64,000 nucleotides of DNA from Burkholderiales bacterium (GTDB taxonomy: Bacteria; Pseudomonadota; Gammaproteobacteria; Burkholderiales; SG8-41): NCBI GenBank assembly GCA_019744975.1, contig JAIETP010000018.1, positions 1,371 to 65,370 of the forward strand, read 5' to 3'. The translations under genes were made by a program, and so were the position numbers. Positions 36,771 through 46,208 of the stretch are shown in pieces. Each line of letters begins with the position of its first letter. Positions within the stretch are counted from its first letter, which is position 1. The notes beneath the pieces were generated by a model. The model saw only the letters and a list, made by a program, of their open reading frames with translations, ran no database searches and was not told where the DNA came from.

Positions 36771-38087
36771 ATGCGCCTGTGGCCACAAACCCTGCTGTGG
36801 CGCACCGTGCTGCTGATCGCGGCACTGCTGGTCGTCGCCCACCTTACCTGGCTGCAGATTTTCCGCGCTTCGGAAATCGAACCCCGCGCACTGCAGGCCG
36901 CGCAGCAGGTGGTCAGCGTGGTCAACCTGACACGTGCGGCACTGGTCACCGCCGAACCCGCCCGCCGTTTTGCGCTGCTCAACGAACTGGCGGAGCGTGA
37001 AGGTATCCAGGTCTACTCAGGTGATCCGGCTGAAGCCTCGCCTCCGCTGCCCGAACGGCAGTTCCTGCGCATCATGGAACGCCGGCTGCGCCAGGACCTG
37101 GGACCGCAGACACGGCTCGCCCTCGAACGTGAAGGCATCAAGGGCGTATGGGTCAGTTTCCGCATCGACAGCGAGGAATTCTGGGTGTTGCTGCCGCGTT
37201 CACGCATTGAGCGCAATGAACCATTGCGCTGGATCGGCTGGGGCGCGCTGGTGCTGGTACTGGCGCTGATCGGCGCGTTCCTGGTCGTTGCACGCATCAA
37301 TCGCCCGCTGCGCGAACTGACCCGTGCAGCGGAACAACTGGGCCGCGGCGCGACCCCGCCGCGCATCGCCGAGACCGGCCCGGTGGAAATCCGCACGCTG
37401 GCGCATGCCTTCAACAACATGGCCGCCGACATCCAGCGCCAGGATGAAGAACGCGCGCTGCTGCTCGCCGGCGTATCCCACGACCTGCGCACGCCGCTGG
37501 CGCGCATCCGGCTCGCGCTGGAAATGCTCGATGACCGCGGGGCGTCCGACCTGAAGGCAGGCGTCACACAGGACATCGGCGACATCGACACCGCGATCGG
37601 CCAGTTCCTTGATTTCGCGCGCCCGATCGATGCCGAAACCGTGACGACCGATACCGACCTCAATGCACTGGTGCAGGCGGTCGTTGAACGTTATACGCGC
37701 CACGGCAGGACGGTGCGCTTCACACCGGCGCCGCTGCCGCAACTGCCGCTGCGGGTGCAGGCCATGCAGCGGCTGCTGACCAACCTGATCGACAACGCCT
37801 TGCACCACGGCGGTGATGTCGTGGACATCAGCACCGGAGTCGATGGAAAAATGACGTATCTCGAGGTGCTGGATCGCGGCCCCGGCATTCCGGAAGCCGA
37901 CGCAGAGCGCATGCTGCAGCCGTTCACCCGGATGGACAGCGCACGCTCCACCAGCGGCACCGGCCTGGGACTTGCCATCGTTGACCGCATTGCCCGCCTG
38001 CATCGCGGCATGGTGAAACTTTTACCGCGGCAAGGCGGCGGATTGTGTGCCCGCGTGGAACTACCGTCAGCGCCGCAGGCGGAATGA
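36771..38087 (+). CDS. EnvZ-like sensor histidine kinase (2 TM, HAMP, HisKA, HATPase)
   Basis: H-box 'GVSHDLRTPLARI', N-box 'LIDNALHHG', G-box 'GTGLGLAIV'. Confidence 0.9.
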   Translation: MRLWPQTLLWRTVLLIAALLVVAHLTWLQIFRASEIEPRALQAAQQVVSVVNLTRAALVTAEPARRFALLNELAEREGIQVYSGDPAEASPPLPERQFLRIMERRLRQDLGPQTRLALEREGIKGVWVSFRIDSEEFWVLLPRSRIERNEPLRWIGWGALVLVLALIGAFLVVARINRPLRELTRAAEQLGRGATPPRIAETGPVEIRTLAHAFNNMAADIQRQDEERALLLAGVSHDLRTPLARIRLALEMLDDRGASDLKAGVTQDIGDIDTAIGQFLDFARPIDAETVTTDTDLNALVQAVVERYTRHGRTVRFTPAPLPQLPLRVQAMQRLLTNLIDNALHHGGDVVDISTGVDGKMTYLEVLDRGPGIPEADAERMLQPFTRMDSARSTSGTGLGLAIVDRIARLHRGMVKLLPRQGGGLCARVELPSAPQAE

Positions 38088-38546
38088 AGTATTGCGCAGG
38101 CGGATCGACAATACCCGCGCCATCGCAAACAGGAAGTCGCGCGCCAGCGCCGGATCGTCTTCACCAAAGCGCGTGAACGCTTCGAACGGCAGCAGCAGCA
38201 AGGTGCTGTCGGCGACCGCCCAGACATTGGCCGAACGCGGCTGGCCGTCAAAAAAGGATTGTTCTCCGAGAACGCTGCCGGCACTGATACGTGCCAGTGA
38301 GGTCATCGTGACACCATCGACCTGGGTCACGCCCACTTCCAGTGATCCGGCCGCGACCAGGTACAAGGTGCGATCCGCGGCACCGCGCTGGATAACGAAT
38401 TCGCCCGCCCGAAACGGGCGCGCCGTCGTATGCAGCAGCAGTTTTCCCCACTGCTCATCACCCCAGTGCGGCAATGCCAGTGCATCGGGCATGGCGCGGT
38501 CGGATTCCGCGCACACAAACACTGAAGCCCAGTCCGCACCATTCAT
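38067..38546 (-). CDS. Stand-alone cyclic-nucleotide-binding-domain protein
   Basis: 'FRAGEFVIQRGAADRTLYLVAAGSLEV..GSVLGEQSFFDGQPRSANVWA'. Its 3' end overlaps the kinase 3' end by 21 bp (convergent). Confidence 0.75.
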   Translation of the reverse strand: MNGADWASVFVCAESDRAMPDALALPHWGDEQWGKLLLHTTARPFRAGEFVIQRGAADRTLYLVAAGSLEVGVTQVDGVTMTSLARISAGSVLGEQSFFDGQPRSANVWAVADSTLLLLPFEAFTRFGEDDPALARDFLFAMARVLSIRLRNTSFRLRR

Positions 38547-38654
38547 GATCGCGCTTTCGGTTGTAGACTGCAGGAAGCCGATTATAGGCCGCCCCTCCGT
38601 CTCCCGCCCCTTTTACCCCCGGCCCTTAATCCCGGTCTTTTGTCGCCGGATTAT

Positions 38655-39149
38655 TCACGGCTGACGCGTGGCGCGGGAGGCAATCAGCGCCACCGCCTCG
38701 GCAACGATGCCCTCGCCACGGCCGACCAGCCCCAGTTTTTCCGCGGTCTTGGCCTTGACGTTGATGCTGTCCACCGCCACCCCCAGATCGGCGGCAATGT
38801 TGGTGCGCATCGCGGCAATGTGCGGTGCCATTTTCGGCGCCTGCGCGATGATCGTCGAATCGACATTGACCACCACGTAACCCTGTTCGCCGAGTAACCG
38901 TGCCACCGCGCGCAGCAGCTCACGACTGTCGACGCCTTTGTAACGCGGATCGGTATCGGGAAAATGTTTGCCGATGTCGCCCAGCCCGGCGGCGCCGATC
39001 AGCGCATCGCAGATCGCATGCAGCAGCACATCCGCATCGGAATGTCCGGCGAGACCCCGCTCGAAGGGAATATTCACGCCGCCGATGATCAGTTTGCGCC
39101 CGGCGACCAGCGCATGTACGTCAAAACCCTGTCCGATACGCATATTCAT
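38655..39149 (-). CDS. ispF: 2-C-methyl-D-erythritol 2,4-cyclodiphosphate synthase
   Basis: '[12 protein letters not shown]', '[12 protein letters not shown]', '[10 protein letters not shown]'. ATGA overlap with ispD. Confidence 0.95.
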   Translation of the reverse strand: MNMRIGQGFDVHALVAGRKLIIGGVNIPFERGLAGHSDADVLLHAICDALIGAAGLGDIGKHFPDTDPRYKGVDSRELLRAVARLLGEQGYVVVNVDSTIIAQAPKMAPHIAAMRTNIAADLGVAVDSINVKAKTAEKLGLVGRGEGIVAEAVALIASRATRQP

Positions 39150-39838
39150 CCACGCTCTTTCAATATGAGTTCCGCCAGCGCCAGGTCTTCAGGATAAGTG
39201 ACTTTGAAATTGCCCGCGCTGCCCGCCACCAGTTTCGGTTTTGCGCCGGTCTGCTCGACAGCGCTGGATTCATCGGTCACAGCCGCGATGTCAGCACGGC
39301 GCAAGGCTTCAATCAGCACCCGGTAACGGAACATCTGCGGTGTCTGCGCGCGCCACAGGTGGTCGCGTGTCTCCGTCTGCAGTACTTCACCGCCGGCATT
39401 GGCCCGCTTCAGCGTATCAGCCACCGGCACCGCCAGCAGACCCCCGGTTTCACTGTCACCGATCTCCGCGATCAACCGGTCGATGTCCGTCGCCTGCAGG
39501 CAGGGCCGCGCTGCATCATGCACCAGCACCCAGTCCGCAGCGTCAATCGCATCATTCGCTGCGAGCAGGCCGTTGAACACGCTGGCGGCGCGGGTTTCGC
39601 CGCCGCAGTACAGTGCTCTGAGCTTGGAACCGCAGGCACTCCAGTCGAGGGTGTTGAAACGCCGGTCATCCGGTGACAGCACGATGAATACCTGTTCGAT
39701 ACGTGCATGCGCACACAGGGTATGCACCGCATGCTGCAGCAGGGGCTTGCCGGCCAGCAACGCATATTGCTTGGGCATTTCGGTCTGCATGCGGGAACCG
39801 CTGCCGGCGGCAGGGATGATTGCGACGTAACGCGGCAT
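39146..39838 (-). CDS. ispD: 2-C-methyl-D-erythritol 4-phosphate cytidylyltransferase
   Basis: '[12 protein letters not shown]', 'VLVHDAARP'. Start is ATG 39838 or 39901 (Thr-rich extension). Confidence 0.9.
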   Translation of the reverse strand: MPRYVAIIPAAGSGSRMQTEMPKQYALLAGKPLLQHAVHTLCAHARIEQVFIVLSPDDRRFNTLDWSACGSKLRALYCGGETRAASVFNGLLAANDAIDAADWVLVHDAARPCLQATDIDRLIAEIGDSETGGLLAVPVADTLKRANAGGEVLQTETRDHLWRAQTPQMFRYRVLIEALRRADIAAVTDESSAVEQTGAKPKLVAGSAGNFKVTYPEDLALAELILKERG

Positions 39839-39958
39839 GTCCAGGGTTGTCGTAGAAGTTGTCGTAAAATCGGTGACACTGATTGTATCAGCCGCGCTCA
39901 TTCAGCCAGCGACACTCAGAAACGCCGCGCAACGCCGGGAGTACGCAAGTCAGGAAGT

Positions 39959-40525
39959 ATGCAAACCACCATGTTCGAACATCAAGGGCACATCCTGCTG
40001 CCGCTCGCCCGCGCCGCCATCGCACGCGAACTGGGCATTGCAACGCCGGCACCCGCCACTGCTGAAGCTTGGCTGCAGCAACCCGGCTCGACCTTCGTCA
40101 CGCTGACCCGCGACAAACAGTTGCGCGGCCGTAACGGCAGCTTGATTCCGGTGCGCCCCTTGCGCGAAGACGTCACCGCGAATGCCGTCGCCGCCGCCTT
40201 CCGCGATCTGCGCTTCCAACCGCTGACCGCCGCAGAACTGGAAATGACCCGCGTCGAAGTCAGCGTGCTCTCTGCCCTGAAACCCCTGGTCGCGAACAAC
40301 GAAGCCGCGGTGCTGGCGCAGTTGCGCGCCGGCATCGATGGCCTGGTGTTCCGTTACGGCCACCACCACAGCACTTTTCTCCCGGAAGCCTGGTCCCAGT
40401 ACGCGGAACCGGAGGAATTCCTGGCACAGCTCAAATACAAGGCGGGATTGCCGCCGGATTTCTGGGATGCTGCAATCGAACTGCAGCGCTACACCGTCGA
40501 TTGCTGGCGCGAAGAGGATTTATGA
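39959..40525 (+). CDS. AMMECR1-domain protein (variant lacking the conserved Cys)
   Basis: Overall AMMECR1 pattern ('FVTL..QLRG..GS', 'AAFRDLRFQPL', 'VEVSVLS', 'STFLPEAW'), but the usual LRGCIG reads LRGRNG. Confidence 0.7.
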   Translation: MQTTMFEHQGHILLPLARAAIARELGIATPAPATAEAWLQQPGSTFVTLTRDKQLRGRNGSLIPVRPLREDVTANAVAAAFRDLRFQPLTAAELEMTRVEVSVLSALKPLVANNEAAVLAQLRAGIDGLVFRYGHHHSTFLPEAWSQYAEPEEFLAQLKYKAGLPPDFWDAAIELQRYTVDCWREEDL

Positions 40526-40538
40526 ATGGTTTTGCCTG

Positions 40539-40580
40539 TTATATAAATATCAATAAAATCAAATACTTATAACATAACGT
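40539..40580 (+). repeat. AT-rich dispersed motif, copy c (core 40551-40570)
   Basis: 'ttatataaatatcaataaaatcaaatacttataacataacg'. Ends about 30 nt before the transporter ATG. Confidence 0.85.
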
Positions 40581-40600
40581 ATCCGCCGCCCCTATTCCCC

Positions 40601-42220
40601 ATGATCAGTCTCTGGCACTGGCTGGACCGCAACATCCTCTCCCTCGGCCGCGAAATGCGGCTCTCGTACCTGCCGCCGTTGATGGTCTACATGGCCGCCG
40701 GCATCTCCGGACTGACCGGCATCGTCGGCACTTTTTTCGTCAAGGATTACCTCGGCCTGTCGGCCGCCTTCCTCGCCGCGCTCGGCTTCTGGGCGGGCGT
40801 ACCGTGGGCATTAAAAATGCCGCTGGGACACCTGGTCGACCTGATCTGGCGCTGGAAAAGCCTGATGGTGTTTTTCGGCGCCGGCATGATCGCCGCCAGC
40901 CTCGGCATCATGGTGGGTTTGCTCACGGATCGTGAGGCGATGAGCGCAATACTGCCGCCGGGGGCGTGGTATGTCACCAGCGTGTTGCTCGCCGCCGTCG
41001 GTTATGTGGTGCAGGACGTTGTCGCCGATGCGATGACCGTCGAGGCCGTGCCGCGCGTCGACGAGCATGGCCAACCCATCAGTCCAGCACAACGCAAGCT
41101 GATGAACACCACCATGCAGACCCTGGGCCGCGTCGCCATCATCGGCGGCAGCGTGCTGGTGGCGCTGATCAACATCTATGTCTTCAGCGGCACACAGGCC
41201 TTGCCGGAAGAACAGAAGGTAGACCTCTACCGCCTCATTTACCAGATGGCGATGGTCATCCCAATGATCTCAGTCGCTGGCGTATTGATCGCGATGGCAC
41301 TCAAACACCGCGCCACTCAACGCCTGCGCGCCCAGGGCCGCAGTGCCGCCGAAATCGAAACCCTGCTGAGCGGACGCAGTGAAACCACATCGCCGAACTG
41401 GTGGATTCTCGGCGGCAGCCTGGTGTTTGTCGCCTTCACGCTGGGCATGGGTTTCAGCAATGTGCCGTACAACCAGGAAATCATATTCGCCGGCTCGTTC
41501 AGCATCATCGCCTTCCTGCTGCTGCGGCTGACGCGGGAACTTGATGCCGACGTGCGCTCGACGCTGCTCGGCACGGTGATTGTCATTTTCGTATTCCGCG
41601 CCATTCCCGGTGCCGGCGAAGGCGTCACCTGGTGGTTCATCGACGAACTGAAATTCGACCAGCAGTTCATCTCCGTGCTGTCGCTGATCGGCTCGGTGCT
41701 GACTCTCGCCGGCATGTTCCTGTTCCGCCGTTTCATGGCCGATCATTCGATCGCCTACGTCGTCGGTTTCCTGACGCTGCTCGGCGGCCTCTTGTCGCTG
41801 CCCTATGTCGGCATGTATTTCGGCCTGCACCAGTGGACCGCGGCGGTCACCGGCGGCGTGGTCGATGCCCGCTTCATTGCGCTGGTCAACACCGCGCTGG
41901 AGTCACCGCTGGGCCAGATCGCGATGATCCCGATGCTGGCCTGGATCGCCAACTCCGCGCCAGCCCACCTCAAAGCCACCTATTTCGCGGTGATGGCCTC
42001 GTTCACCAATCTCGCGCTGTCGGCCTCCGCACTCGGCACCAAGTATCTCAACCAGATTTATATCGTGTCGCGCGAGGTCAAGGACAAGACCGGCGCGGTT
42101 ACCGTGCCGGCCGATTACAGCCAGCTCGGTGAACTCCTGATCGTGCAGCTGATCATAGGCGTAGGGGTGCCGTTCGCCGCCATTGGGCTGATCCGTGTAT
42201 TGCGGCTGCGCAGCGCATAA
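40601..42220 (+). CDS. Polytopic membrane transporter, MFS-like (BT1 / folate-biopterin-transporter-like)
   Basis: 539 aa with about 12 hydrophobic segments. The family call is from overall pattern only. Confidence 0.55.
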   Translation: MISLWHWLDRNILSLGREMRLSYLPPLMVYMAAGISGLTGIVGTFFVKDYLGLSAAFLAALGFWAGVPWALKMPLGHLVDLIWRWKSLMVFFGAGMIAASLGIMVGLLTDREAMSAILPPGAWYVTSVLLAAVGYVVQDVVADAMTVEAVPRVDEHGQPISPAQRKLMNTTMQTLGRVAIIGGSVLVALINIYVFSGTQALPEEQKVDLYRLIYQMAMVIPMISVAGVLIAMALKHRATQRLRAQGRSAAEIETLLSGRSETTSPNWWILGGSLVFVAFTLGMGFSNVPYNQEIIFAGSFSIIAFLLLRLTRELDADVRSTLLGTVIVIFVFRAIPGAGEGVTWWFIDELKFDQQFISVLSLIGSVLTLAGMFLFRRFMADHSIAYVVGFLTLLGGLLSLPYVGMYFGLHQWTAAVTGGVVDARFIALVNTALESPLGQIAMIPMLAWIANSAPAHLKATYFAVMASFTNLALSASALGTKYLNQIYIVSREVKDKTGAVTVPADYSQLGELLIVQLIIGVGVPFAAIGLIRVLRLRSA

Positions 42221-42270
42221 TAGGAGTCAACTCAAGCTCAAGAGTACGCCCGCGAACGCCCGACAACACC

Positions 42271-42828
42271 ATGGACCTGCGCGAACTGCCCCGCACCGAT
42301 CCCGGCACCACGGACCTCGTCCTGCGCGCCGTGGCCTTTGCCGCGCACAAACACCGCGACCAGCGGCGCAAGGACAAGGAAGCCTCGCCCTACATCAACC
42401 ACCCGATTGAACTCGCCCATGTGTTGTGGGACGAAGGTGAAGTGCGCGACCCGCTGGTGATCGCCGCGGCGCTGCTGCACGATACTCTGGAGGACACCGA
42501 AACCTCGTGGCAGGAATTGCGCGGCGAATTCGGCGAGGAAATCGCCGACATCGTGCTCGAAGTCACCGACACCAAATGGATCCGCAAGGAACTGCGCAAG
42601 CGCCTGCAGGTTGCCAGGGCCAGACACTCCAGCGAACGGGCACGGCTGGTCAAACTCGCCGACAAGATCTGCAACGTGCGCGACCTCGGCACCCGCGCAC
42701 CCGAAGGCTGGTCGCTGGAACGCAAACGCCAGTACTTTGACTGGGCAAAGGAGGTGGTCGACCGGCTGCGCGGCACGCATGCCGAACTGGAACGCCGCTT
42801 TGACGAAGTTTACGCGTTAAGACCCTGA
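42271..42828 (+). CDS. HD-domain (p)ppGpp pyrophosphohydrolase-like protein (Mesh1/SpoT-N small alarmone hydrolase type)
   Basis: 'AAHKHRDQRRKD..PYINHPIELA', 'AALLHDTLEDT', 'VKLADKICN'. Confidence 0.8.
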   Translation: MDLRELPRTDPGTTDLVLRAVAFAAHKHRDQRRKDKEASPYINHPIELAHVLWDEGEVRDPLVIAAALLHDTLEDTETSWQELRGEFGEEIADIVLEVTDTKWIRKELRKRLQVARARHSSERARLVKLADKICNVRDLGTRAPEGWSLERKRQYFDWAKEVVDRLRGTHAELERRFDEVYALRP

Positions 42829-42834
42829 GATTCA

Positions 42835-42993
42835 GTGAACAGTGAACGGGTGAACGAGTGAATACCCCTCTCCCCAGCCCTCTCCCCGTGCAACGGGGAG
42901 AGGGAGCACACCACGGGATTTCCCGTTCACCCGTTCACCCGTTCACCCGTTCACCCGTTCACCCGTTCACCCGTTCACCCGTTCACCCGTTCA
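42835..42993. repeat. Composite element copy 2: degenerate 'gtgaacNg' octamers, GC hairpin, then 9 perfect tandem 'cccgttca' octamers
   Basis: Left arm 42835-42862. Hairpin ccctctccccg (42878-42888) pairs with cggggagaggg (42894-42904). Octamer array 42922-42993 (72 bp). Confidence 0.95.
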
Positions 42994-43053
42994 CCAAATT
43001 TGATGAGTGTGCGATAGTCGCGGTTCTTTTCAAACACCGCACATTGCAAAGCC

Positions 43054-44136
43054 ATGAAAATCACCCACGCCAGCACCGTCCTTGTCGCCCTCCCCCATGA
43101 TGAACCGCTCGCCGACGGCCCGACCACGCCCGGCTCGAAAAACTTCATCGCGCTGAAACTCGGTACCGACCAGGGCGTCGAAGGCCTGGGTTTCACCTTT
43201 TTCGGCGGAGCGCTCGACAGTGCACTGTTCGCCGCCGTCGAATCCTTCGCCGCGCTGACCATCGGCGAAGACCCGCGGCGCATCGAAGCCATCATCCACA
43301 AGCTGCGCACCGCAGCGGCAAGCGCCGGTCCCGGCGGCATCATGACGCTGGCACTGTCGGCGATCGACATCGCGTTGTGGGACATCAAGGGCAAGGTACA
43401 CAACCAGCCGGTATCGGCCCTCGCTGGCGGCCACCGCAACCGCATCAACACATACGCCAGCGGCGCACTGATGCGCCACTTCCCGCTGGCACACCTCGAA
43501 AAAGCGGCGGTGCTGCTGAAAAGCCGCGGCTTCAAACAGATGAAAACCCAGCTGGCCCTCCCCGGGGACACCAATCCGGTGAAGGAAGTTGAACACATCC
43601 GCGTGATCCGCGAAGCCGTCGGTTACGAAACCGACCTGATGTGCGACATCAACCAGCGCTGGGACGTGCGCCAGGCGATTTCCATCGGCAGGCAGGTCGA
43701 TCAGTTCCGCCTGTTCTGGCTGGAGGATGTTACGGCCTCGGACGATTACGCCGGCATCGCACGAGTCGCCGATGCGCTGGACACACCCATCGCCGGTGGC
43801 GAATACCTCTACGGCATCGCGCCGTTTCGCCAGATGCTCGAGGCGCGTTCAGTCGACATCGTCATGATCGATGTGCTGCGCGCCGGCGGCATCACGCAAT
43901 GGCTGAAAATCGCCGGCATGGCCGAAGCCTTCAACCTGCCGGTGGTCAGCCACCTCGCTCCGGAAATCCATGTACACCTGGTGTCAGCGATACCCAACGG
44001 CCTGACCGTGGAATACATGCCCTGGTCGTCGCGGCTGTTCCGCGACGTGCCGCAACCGAAAGACGGACAGTTGACGGTACCGCAACGTCCGGGTCTGGGT
44101 CTTGAGTTTGATCCCAAGGTGGTGAAGTTCAAATAA
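43054..44136 (+). CDS. Mandelate racemase / muconate lactonizing enzyme family protein (enolase superfamily)
   Basis: 'AIDIALWDIKGK', 'LMCDINQRW', 'WLEDV', 'IAGGE' metal ligand pattern. Confidence 0.85.
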   Translation: MKITHASTVLVALPHDEPLADGPTTPGSKNFIALKLGTDQGVEGLGFTFFGGALDSALFAAVESFAALTIGEDPRRIEAIIHKLRTAAASAGPGGIMTLALSAIDIALWDIKGKVHNQPVSALAGGHRNRINTYASGALMRHFPLAHLEKAAVLLKSRGFKQMKTQLALPGDTNPVKEVEHIRVIREAVGYETDLMCDINQRWDVRQAISIGRQVDQFRLFWLEDVTASDDYAGIARVADALDTPIAGGEYLYGIAPFRQMLEARSVDIVMIDVLRAGGITQWLKIAGMAEAFNLPVVSHLAPEIHVHLVSAIPNGLTVEYMPWSSRLFRDVPQPKDGQLTVPQRPGLGLEFDPKVVKFK

Positions 44137-44156
44137 ACGCTGCGGCAAAACAAAAG

Positions 44157-44189
44157 CAAAAGGGGCGGAAGATTCCGCCCCTTTTTTTG
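44157..44189. terminator. Bidirectional intrinsic terminator
   Basis: aaaa-aggggcgg-aagatt-ccgcccct-ttttttt between convergent genes. Confidence 0.85.
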
Positions 44190-44207
44190 TCACTGCACGG
44201 CAAACAA

Positions 44208-45194
44208 TTACTGGACCTTGATGCCGGCGCTTTTCACCACTTCCGACCACTTTTTCATATCGGCAAGCATGAACTGGCGGAACTCCTCCGGGGAATTGGT
44301 CACAGCCTCGGAGCCGTTGTTTTCGGCGACCTTGCCGAATTCCGGCGATTTGACATAGCTCGCGATCTCGGCATGGATCTTGGTCAGCAGCGGCTTGGGC
44401 AATTTGGCCGGAGCAACCACGCCGTACCAGCCGACCACCGAGAACCCCGGCAGCACCTCAGCCAAGGCCGGCACATCCGGCGCCGCCTTGATGCGCTGCG
44501 GACCGCTCACCGCAATCGCGCGCAGCTTGCCGGCGCGCACCTGGCCGAATGCACCGGTCAGCCCCATGAAGTTGTAGTGATATTCGCCGCTGATCAGGGC
44601 GATGGCCGCCGGACCGGTACCTTTGTAGGGAATATGCTGGCCCTTGGTACCGGACATCAGCTTGTAGAGTTCACCGGCCAGATGTCCACCGCTGCCGATG
44701 CCGGCCGAACCGAAATTAATCTGGTCCTTGGTGGTCTTGCTCCACTGCACAAAATCCTTGGCGTTTTTCGCCGGGTGCGATGGGTTGACAACCAGCAGCA
44801 GCCCACCCGCGGTCATCTGCGTGATCGGCGTGAAATCGTTCACCGGGTGGTAGGGCAGCTTGGGCAGCAGCGCTGCGTTGACCGTATGCTGATGGTAGGG
44901 GATCAGCAGCGTGTAACCATCCGGCGCCGCCTCCTGGACGATTTGCGCGCCATTGACGCCGGATGCGCTGCCGCGGTTGTCAACGATGGCCTGCTGTTTC
45001 CAGGCTTTCGACAAATGGTTCGCCAGAAGTCTCGCCAGGAAATCGGTGGTGCCGCCGGGCGCCGCGGGTGTCACGATGCGCACCGGACGACTCGGATAGG
45101 CATCCGCAGCCTGCGCGGGCGCCATCGGCATGGCAATGCCCAGCGCAGCCAGCAGCAATGGAAATGTTTTGCGATAACCTGAGATAAACTGCAT
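44208..45194 (-). CDS. Bug-family (TctC-like) periplasmic solute-binding protein, orphan
   Basis: 'YPSRPVRIVTPAAPGGTTDFLARLLA' hallmark of Bug proteins. 328 aa. Confidence 0.85.
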   Translation of the reverse strand: MQFISGYRKTFPLLLAALGIAMPMAPAQAADAYPSRPVRIVTPAAPGGTTDFLARLLANHLSKAWKQQAIVDNRGSASGVNGAQIVQEAAPDGYTLLIPYHQHTVNAALLPKLPYHPVNDFTPITQMTAGGLLLVVNPSHPAKNAKDFVQWSKTTKDQINFGSAGIGSGGHLAGELYKLMSGTKGQHIPYKGTGPAAIALISGEYHYNFMGLTGAFGQVRAGKLRAIAVSGPQRIKAAPDVPALAEVLPGFSVVGWYGVVAPAKLPKPLLTKIHAEIASYVKSPEFGKVAENNGSEAVTNSPEEFRQFMLADMKKWSEVVKSAGIKVQ

Positions 45195-45398
45195 TGCTTC
45201 CTCCTTATTTTATGTATGTGTATTGCGGGTTGAAGAATACCGCATAGTGGATGTCATTGCACCCGCAACATCCTCCTCCGGAGAGCGCGCATGAACCCCG
45301 CCTCCTCGTATTGACAGTATTGCGCGCGCCCGGTTCAATCTTCTGATCGGCGTACAATCGGCATGCCCGATCCGGGCTTTTGCCTGCACACACCTGCC

Positions 45399-46079
45399 AT
45401 GTCCCTGCCCCACCGAACTATTTTCCGTTGCCCGGTTTTTTGTTGCCTGGCCGTCGCAGCCCTCCTGCTGCCGCTGCCGGCGCTGTGCTCGTCCGAGGCC
45501 CTGATCGCGGCCGCCGAACGCGGCGATACCGCCGCGGTACGCCAGATGCTCGATGCCGGCACTGCCGTCAACGGACGTGATGACCGCGGCCGCAATGCCG
45601 TGCTCGCCGCCACCCAGGAGGGACATGTCGCTACCGCGCGACTGCTGATCGAACGCGGCGCCGACGTCAATGCCAAGGATTCCATCCACGACAGCGCATT
45701 CCTGCTCGCCGGTGCGCGCGGCCACACCGAGATCGTGCGCCTCGCACTGGCAGCCGGCGCCAATCTCGCCAGCACCAACCGCTACGGCGGCACCGCGCTG
45801 ATTCCCGCCTGCCATTACGGCCATGTCGACACGGTGCGCCTGCTGGTGAAATCCGGCATCAACCTCAACCATGTCAACAACCTCGGCTGGACCGCGCTGC
45901 TGGAGGCCATCATCCTCGGCAGCGGCGGCCCCGCGCACATCGAAATCGTCCGCCTGCTGATCGAACACGGCGCCAACGTCAACCTCGGCGACCGCGATGG
46001 CGTACGTCCGCTGGCCCATGCCACGCAACGCGGCCAGGACGCCATCGTCCGCTTGCTGCTGCGCGCGGGCGCACGCTAA
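45399..46079 (+). CDS. Secreted ankyrin-repeat protein
   Basis: Signal 'MSLPHRTIFRCPVFCCLAVAALLLPLPALCS'. About 6 ANK repeats ('G.TALI.A...GH...V.LL...GA..N'). Confidence 0.8.
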   Translation: MSLPHRTIFRCPVFCCLAVAALLLPLPALCSSEALIAAAERGDTAAVRQMLDAGTAVNGRDDRGRNAVLAATQEGHVATARLLIERGADVNAKDSIHDSAFLLAGARGHTEIVRLALAAGANLASTNRYGGTALIPACHYGHVDTVRLLVKSGINLNHVNNLGWTALLEAIILGSGGPAHIEIVRLLIEHGANVNLGDRDGVRPLAHATQRGQDAIVRLLLRAGAR

Positions 46080-46208
46080 CTGCCCACTATTTGGCCGCCT
46101 GCGCACGGCCGGCCTCGGACGTAATACCATCTGCACTGGAGCGTGGCGGCCCGCGCTGCCGCAATACAACAACCGCAGCACGACAAACTTTTCCGGAACA
46201 ACATCGCC

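Noticed and set aside
38067-38087. 21-bp overlap of the convergent kinase and cNMP-binding genes as a sign of mis-annotation or a pseudogene.
   Set aside because: Both ORFs have intact domain motifs to their ends. Short convergent 3' overlaps are common, so I treated it as real but unremarkable.
42858-43100. 80-aa ORF with the 'SPVHPFTR' peptide repeat.
   Set aside because: It is simply the translation of the 8-bp tandem array (3 units = 8 codons). It has no RBS and overlaps the start of the enolase-family gene.
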